Source: Myxococcota bacterium (lineage in GTDB: Bacteria > Myxococcota_A > Polyangia > Nannocystales > Nannocystaceae). From it: a DNA stretch of 64,000 nt. The notes beneath the pieces are model-generated. The model was given only the letters and a program-made list of their open reading frames with translations. It did not search any database and was not told where the DNA came from. A program made the translations under genes and the position numbers. The DNA lies in contig JBCCHT010000038.1 of NCBI GenBank assembly GCA_039028615.1, forward strand, positions 1 through 64,000, written 5' to 3'. Each line of letters starts with the position of its first letter. Position 1 is the first letter of the stretch. Of this stretch, positions 57,978 through 64,000 are shown in pieces.

Positions 57978-59186
57978 ATGCCGGGCACGCGATCGACTGC
58001 GCTCGTAACCGCGTTGAGCCTGGGGTTGGCGGCGACGCCCGCGTGGGCGGGACCCACCGTGATGGTGTGGCCGGGCGAGGCGCAGGCGCCGGTTGCTCGC
58101 GCGGAGGCGTCGTTGCGCGGGTCCGGGCACGAGGTTCGAGCGCGGGCCGATGTCGACGCGGAGATCGGTGACCGTCGCGGAGCGCTGGCGCTGCAGACCC
58201 GCGAGCGTAGCGACGGCATCGAGCGTGCGCTGACCACCGCCGAGGGCCGCTACCTGAGCCAAGAGTTCGACGCGATGCTCGAGGGGCTTTCGGGGGCCGA
58301 GGCCGACGCGCTCGCCCTGGCTCGACCCGGGCACTGCGAGGGGCTGTGGGCGCTGCAGTTTCAGCGGGGTCTCGGTCGAGGCGCACGCGGGCTGCCAGGC
58401 GACGCCGAGGCGTCGGAGGATCGCTATGGCCTCGCGCTCGAGCTCGATGGACAGCGTCGCCCGCTGCACGAGGTGTACGGCCCGGACGTGAGCGCGGCGT
58501 TCTTGCGTGCCGTCCAGCGGCAGAGCCTGCGGGTGCCGACGTCGGTCCCCGTGCAGGTGGAGCCGGCCGACGCCACGGTGGAGATCGATTGCCAGCCGGT
58601 GGATTCGCGGAGCCCCTCGTTGCGACCGGGGCTGCATGCGGTCCGGGTGAGCGCGCCCGGCTTCGCGCCGCATGTCGCCGTCGTGGACCTGCGGTCGAGC
58701 TCCACCGTCGATGTTCAGCTCGTGGCTCTGCCCGCCAGTGAGCGCGCGTCTCATCGCTGGGCCGACAGCACGGACTCCGAAGGGGTCGACGATGGATCCG
58801 AGTCGGCGCATGCCGCCGTGCTGTCCGTGGCCGAGTCGGAGGGGGCGGTCGCGGTCTTGGTGCTCAGCCCGGTCGAGGGGGGCTGGCGCGTGCGCCCCTG
58901 GGGCCGCGATGGCATCGGGTCCGCGGTGGAGCGTGCCGATCTGGACGTCGCCCTCGATGCGGCGATGAAGCTGCTCGACGACGAAGGGCACCTGCACACC
59001 CCGGCGCCCGTGGTGGCCGAGCTTCCGCTGCAGGACCCACCGACGGGGCGCCGCTCGGTGTTTCGCACGTGGTGGTTTTGGACCGCGGCCGCGACGGTCG
59101 TCGCCACCGGGGTCGCCGTCGGCCTGGGCGTGGGACTCGGTCGTCGTAGCTCCTCGCCCGAACAGCTGGTCATCGTGGCCCGCTGA
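57978..59186 (+). CDS. Exported PEGA-domain protein with C-terminal TM
   Basis: Signal peptide ending AWA; VEPADATVEID...LRPGLHAVRVSAPGF; RTWWFWT-TM tail. Confidence 0.75.
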   Translation: MPGTRSTALVTALSLGLAATPAWAGPTVMVWPGEAQAPVARAEASLRGSGHEVRARADVDAEIGDRRGALALQTRERSDGIERALTTAEGRYLSQEFDAMLEGLSGAEADALALARPGHCEGLWALQFQRGLGRGARGLPGDAEASEDRYGLALELDGQRRPLHEVYGPDVSAAFLRAVQRQSLRVPTSVPVQVEPADATVEIDCQPVDSRSPSLRPGLHAVRVSAPGFAPHVAVVDLRSSSTVDVQLVALPASERASHRWADSTDSEGVDDGSESAHAAVLSVAESEGAVAVLVLSPVEGGWRVRPWGRDGIGSAVERADLDVALDAAMKLLDDEGHLHTPAPVVAELPLQDPPTGRRSVFRTWWFWTAAATVVATGVAVGLGVGLGRRSSSPEQLVIVAR

Positions 59187-59203
59187 CGAGGCGCATCGCG
59201 AGC

Positions 59204-60121
59204 TCACTCGTCTGCGGGCTCCTCGTCCATGGCCGCGCAGGACAGCGTGACCTCGAGCGTCTTGCCCAGGGGACCGGTGACCTGCACCGTGTCCTCGCCC
59301 GTGTAGATCCACCGCAGCAGGCTGCCGGATCGGAAGCTCACCTCCACCTCCCCCGCCTGCGGGCACGACAGCGGGCAGCGTCGGACGCCGCGGCTGCTGA
59401 TCACGATGTCGCCCAGCGTCCCGTCGAGGGGCTCGTCGGTCTGCTCGATCTGGAGGCGGCTGCCGACCTCCATGTCCACGCAGCCGCTGTCATCGGTGCG
59501 CCAGCGGGCGGTGGAGAGCATGTCGAAGCGCGGGCCGATGCGGGTCTCGAGCGTGTAGCCGGGGCTGGTCTGCCACTGCATGGGCTCGGCCGGATCGACG
59601 GGGGCGCGCAGCCGAGCCGGCCCGGAGAAGCGGTTGCGCCGACCCTGGCGGGGCCCGAGGGCGAGCTCGGCGATGTCGAGCTCCCACGCGACGGCGGTCG
59701 GGCAGAAATCATCGGCACACGCGCTGGCGTCGGCTTGCTCGAGCTGCGCCACCGCCTCGACCTCGGCATCGAAGGTCCACGCCAGGACCGGACACTCGCG
59801 GAGGACTGCGGACAAGGCGGTGCCGTCGGCCTCGATTTGCAGCGTCTCGCACCCGAAGCGAGAGAATTCGTCGACCAGGGACTGGCGGGTGTCATCGACG
59901 GCCAGGTCGAGGAACGTCTCCGCGTCGTCCGCTTGCAGCGCGGGGTCGACCGCGAAGTGCAGGCCGAAGAACACCAGCCGAGGAATGCCCTCGAGGCTGC
60001 TCGCGGCCAGGCCCACCGCGCGGGTGTCCGAGACGTCGGGCGCGGACGACGACGCGGGCGCGGGGTCGCAGCCCAGCCCGAGCAGCAGCCCGATTGCCAT
60101 GCGTGTCGCCCCGGTCCTCAT
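59204..60121 (-). CDS. Hypothetical lipoprotein
   Basis: MRTGATRMAIGLLLGLGC lipobox; typical codon bias. Confidence 0.65.
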   Translation of the reverse strand: MRTGATRMAIGLLLGLGCDPAPASSSAPDVSDTRAVGLAASSLEGIPRLVFFGLHFAVDPALQADDAETFLDLAVDDTRQSLVDEFSRFGCETLQIEADGTALSAVLRECPVLAWTFDAEVEAVAQLEQADASACADDFCPTAVAWELDIAELALGPRQGRRNRFSGPARLRAPVDPAEPMQWQTSPGYTLETRIGPRFDMLSTARWRTDDSGCVDMEVGSRLQIEQTDEPLDGTLGDIVISSRGVRRCPLSCPQAGEVEVSFRSGSLLRWIYTGEDTVQVTGPLGKTLEVTLSCAAMDEEPADE

Positions 60122-60238
60122 CGATCGATCCTCACCGTGTTCATGGTGTGCACGCGCCGTACCGGATCGCGAGGCAATGATCTCGCAGGGTCGCACGGGG
60201 GACGGGCGCTGACCTCGACAGTTGTCCATGGTCGCTCG

Positions 60239-60706
60239 TCAGGGTTCGGGGCAGAACTCGGGCAGGGTGGTGGGGCACTCGTTGTCGGTGAGCGCCACGG
60301 TGAGGTCGGCCGTGCTCGTGGTGCCGATATCGGCGAAGCCACAGACGAGGAACGGACCGTGGGCGTCGCACAGCCCGCCCGATCGTCCGATGACGGCCAC
60401 CTGGTGCGCGGCGTCATGGTCGACCTCGACCAAGGGCTCGACCTGTCTCAGCGCGTCTTGCAGATCGTCGCTGGTCTGTGGGGAGCCCAGATCGAGGGGG
60501 TAGAGGCAGCGCCGGGCCAGGGTGCACAGCTCGGTGGTCTGCTGGACGCCGTAGACCTCCACCGACAGCACGCCCAGCTCGCCCAGCCTCGGCTCGACCG
60601 CGCTGGCGTCGACGGTCAGGTGCAACTCGCGCACGCTCGCCGGGGGCGTGCACGCGGTCGCCGCACAAGCCGCCAAACCGAGCTGGATCGCCCACCGTCC
60701 GGCCAC
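60239..60706 (-). CDS. Small hypothetical lipoprotein
   Basis: C-terminal part of ORF 60239..61210, from GTG at about 60706: hydrophobic stretch then ATAC lipobox and paired Cys. Start uncertain. Confidence 0.55.
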   Translation of the reverse strand: MAGRWAIQLGLAACAATACTPPASVRELHLTVDASAVEPRLGELGVLSVEVYGVQQTTELCTLARRCLYPLDLGSPQTSDDLQDALRQVEPLVEVDHDAAHQVAVIGRSGGLCDAHGPFLVCGFADIGTTSTADLTVALTDNECPTTLPEFCPEP

Positions 60707-60803
60707 GAGCCGCAGGATAGCGTTCGATGGCTCTCCCGCACCGAAACCCTCAACCAACGGAAAAATCTTGAATGTGGTGTTTGTTAGCTTTAGCTTGAGA
60801 GCA

Positions 60804-61754
60804 GTGCAATGGAGGGGCGGTGGACTCTGGGCCCTGGCGGCAGCGGCCGTCAGCTGCGCTCCTGGCGGCGAAGAGCCCTCGGGGTCGGCGAGTTCCAGTG
60901 GGTCCCTCGGCAGCACGAGCAGCGAAACATCGTCGTCGTCCTCGGGTCTAGGGAGCACCACCGGATTCGGGATGGAAGGCCCGGCCGACGACGAGTCGGG
61001 CGTGGGTTTCGTGGCGCCGCTGGATGTGGCGTGTGGCGATGCCTCGGCTGCGACGTCTCCCCACTGCGCTCTGTGCAGCGTCCGAGAGCAGAATTGCATC
61101 GACGATTTCAAGTGCGTGCCCTGGGCCGAAGACGGCGGCGACGCGTGGAACGGCACCCGCTGCATCGAGCCCCCACGCAGCCCGGTACAGCTCGGCGATC
61201 CGTGCACCATCGACGGCGGCCTCGCCTCCGGTCAGGACGACTGCCCCAAGGGCTCGATGTGTTGGGACGCCGACCCGCGTACGGGGGCCGGTCGATGCGT
61301 CGCCTTTTGTGCGCCCGCAGACGACGACCCGGTGTGCCCCGCGGACACCGGTTGCATGATCGATGGCTTCGGTGTCTTGGCCCTGTGCCTGCCGCCCTGC
61401 GATCCGCTCGAGCCCACCTGCGAGGCGGGGCACAGCTGTCGCTACTTCCCCGCGAGCCAGGCCGCGTACTGCATCCCCGACGAGGGCGGCGAGGTGTTGG
61501 TGCCCACCGTGCAGTGTGGCGACGACACGGTGTGCGACGAGGCGCAGGTCTGCATCTCGGCCGGGACCTTCGGCGGCTGCGGAACGCCGAGTTGCTGCAC
61601 CCTGTGGTGCGACGTCGACGATCCCGAGGCGGACGCCCAGTGTGCGGCGACCCGCGAAAACCACGTCTGCGTGCCGCTGTTCGATCGCGAGCCCATTGCC
61701 CCCGAAACTGCGCATCTCGGCTTCTGTGCGCTGCCTCCCGACGAGCCGGAGTGA
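60804..61754 (+). CDS. Cys-rich lipoprotein (myxobacterial KC.PWA.DGG..WN.T.C family), copy 1
   Basis: GTG 60804, lipobox AVSC, Ser-rich linker, KCVPWAEDGGDAWNGTRC, SGQDDC..GSMCW and CCTLWCD. Confidence 0.78.
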   Translation: MQWRGGGLWALAAAAVSCAPGGEEPSGSASSSGSLGSTSSETSSSSSGLGSTTGFGMEGPADDESGVGFVAPLDVACGDASAATSPHCALCSVREQNCIDDFKCVPWAEDGGDAWNGTRCIEPPRSPVQLGDPCTIDGGLASGQDDCPKGSMCWDADPRTGAGRCVAFCAPADDDPVCPADTGCMIDGFGVLALCLPPCDPLEPTCEAGHSCRYFPASQAAYCIPDEGGEVLVPTVQCGDDTVCDEAQVCISAGTFGGCGTPSCCTLWCDVDDPEADAQCAATRENHVCVPLFDREPIAPETAHLGFCALPPDEPE

Positions 61755-61758
61755 GACC

Positions 61759-62700
61759 TTGACCCTGCGCATTCGTCATTCGTCGTTGGTGGTGCTCGCC
61801 TCGTTCTTGCTCGCATGCAGAACGGAACAGAGCGCCGCGGGTGACTCGACGGCGGCCGAAAGCTCGGGTCAGCCCTTGCCCGGGCCGGGCACGAGCGGTG
61901 GCCCGAGCTCGACGCCGGCCGGCACTTCGGGCGAAGACACCGGGCTCGGCCCCGAGGACAGCGGCGACTCGTCGGGCGGCGCTGCGTTTCTCAGCGAGCC
62001 CGACGGCGGCGGCACCTGTGTCGTCTCCGACGACGGCACCTGGCACTGCAGCGCCTGCGACGTGGTGTTGCAGGACTGCCCGGCCGGTGAAAAATGCATG
62101 CCGTGGGCCAACGACGGCGGCGGGGTCTGGAACGCCACCCGCTGCTCGCCGATCGCTCCCGATCCGGTCGGCCCCGGAGAGTCGTGCACGGTCGAAGGCA
62201 GCGCGACCTCGGGCTTCGACGACTGCGACCTCGACTCGATGTGCTGGGGGGTCGACCCCGACACGCTCATCGGCACGTGCGCTCCGTTCTGTGACCCGAT
62301 GCAGCCGCAAGAGCACTGCTCCGAGGCGGAGACCTGCGTCGAGGCCAACGACGGCGTGATCTCGCTGTGTCTGTCGCGCTGCGATCCGCTCCAGCCCGAC
62401 ACCTGCACCGAGGGGGAGACCTGCACCATTGTCGGGGGAGACCCGGTCTGCGTACCGTCGTTCAACGGCGGGGGTCAGACCTGCGGGGAGACCCGATGTG
62501 ACCCGGGGCAGCTGTGTGCTCCGGCCGACGTGGTGGCCGAGTGCGACGACACCTACTGCTGCACGCCCTGGTGCGATCTGGATGCTGCCGAACCGGACCT
62601 CGCATGCCCGGTCAGAGGAGAATTGTGTCAGCCCTATTACCCCGATGGGGACGCCCCAGCGGGCTTTGAGCACGTCGGATACTGCGGTGTCCCGATGTGA
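61759..62700 (+). CDS. Cys-rich lipoprotein, tandem paralogue, copy 2
   Basis: TTG 61759, lipobox LLAC, KCMPWANDGGGVWNATRC, SGFDDC...SMCW and CCTPWCD. Confidence 0.78.
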   Translation: MTLRIRHSSLVVLASFLLACRTEQSAAGDSTAAESSGQPLPGPGTSGGPSSTPAGTSGEDTGLGPEDSGDSSGGAAFLSEPDGGGTCVVSDDGTWHCSACDVVLQDCPAGEKCMPWANDGGGVWNATRCSPIAPDPVGPGESCTVEGSATSGFDDCDLDSMCWGVDPDTLIGTCAPFCDPMQPQEHCSEAETCVEANDGVISLCLSRCDPLQPDTCTEGETCTIVGGDPVCVPSFNGGGQTCGETRCDPGQLCAPADVVAECDDTYCCTPWCDLDAAEPDLACPVRGELCQPYYPDGDAPAGFEHVGYCGVPM

Positions 62701-62877
62701 TCTCACATGATGCCGCATCCGACGCGGTGAGCGGGTGAGCCGTTCTCGTCGGTCGCGCAACGGCGCATTCGAGCCAACCCGCCCGCATGGGGAGGGGAGT
62801 GTGTCGACGGTACGGCCCGTTCCGGCCGGCGATTGCTATGATGGTGATTCGTGGCCTTCGGGCCACCGGTTCCGAGC

Positions 62878-64000
<1,123 letters not shown>

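Overview
Very GC-rich bacterial DNA with about 50 protein-coding genes. Gene content (MYXO-CTERM sorting signals, Cys-rich lipoproteins, Ser/Thr kinases with TPR or PEGA domains, FHA-sigma54 activator) points to a myxobacterium, probably Nannocystaceae-like; this is an inference. I saw no rRNA, tRNA, CRISPR array or transposase. Housekeeping-type genes include nadE, panE, a LysA-family decarboxylase, cutA, a Nudix hydrolase, an aldo/keto reductase and an SDR. The most unusual elements are: (1) a stand-alone, diverged translation initiation factor IF-2 whose N-terminus is replaced by a VIT-like (vault/inter-alpha-trypsin) module; (2) a REC-nucleotidyl cyclase-histidine kinase triple fusion with Cya2-type guanylyl-cyclase specificity residues; (3) an operon of a small membrane protein, a tetraether-synthase (Tes/MJ0619)-like radical SAM enzyme and an Lgt-family diacylglyceryl transferase, overlapping a convergent lipid desaturase/hydroxylase; (4) a MYXO-CTERM-anchored pentaheme cytochrome paired with a MYXO-CTERM FG-GAP/ASPIC protein; (5) an orphan, terminator-bounded vgrG and a distant pair of T6SS-accessory-like genes; (6) a collapsed amidohydrolase-CIA30 pseudogene with an in-frame TAG. 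All family calls come from motif recognition by eye, not from database searches.
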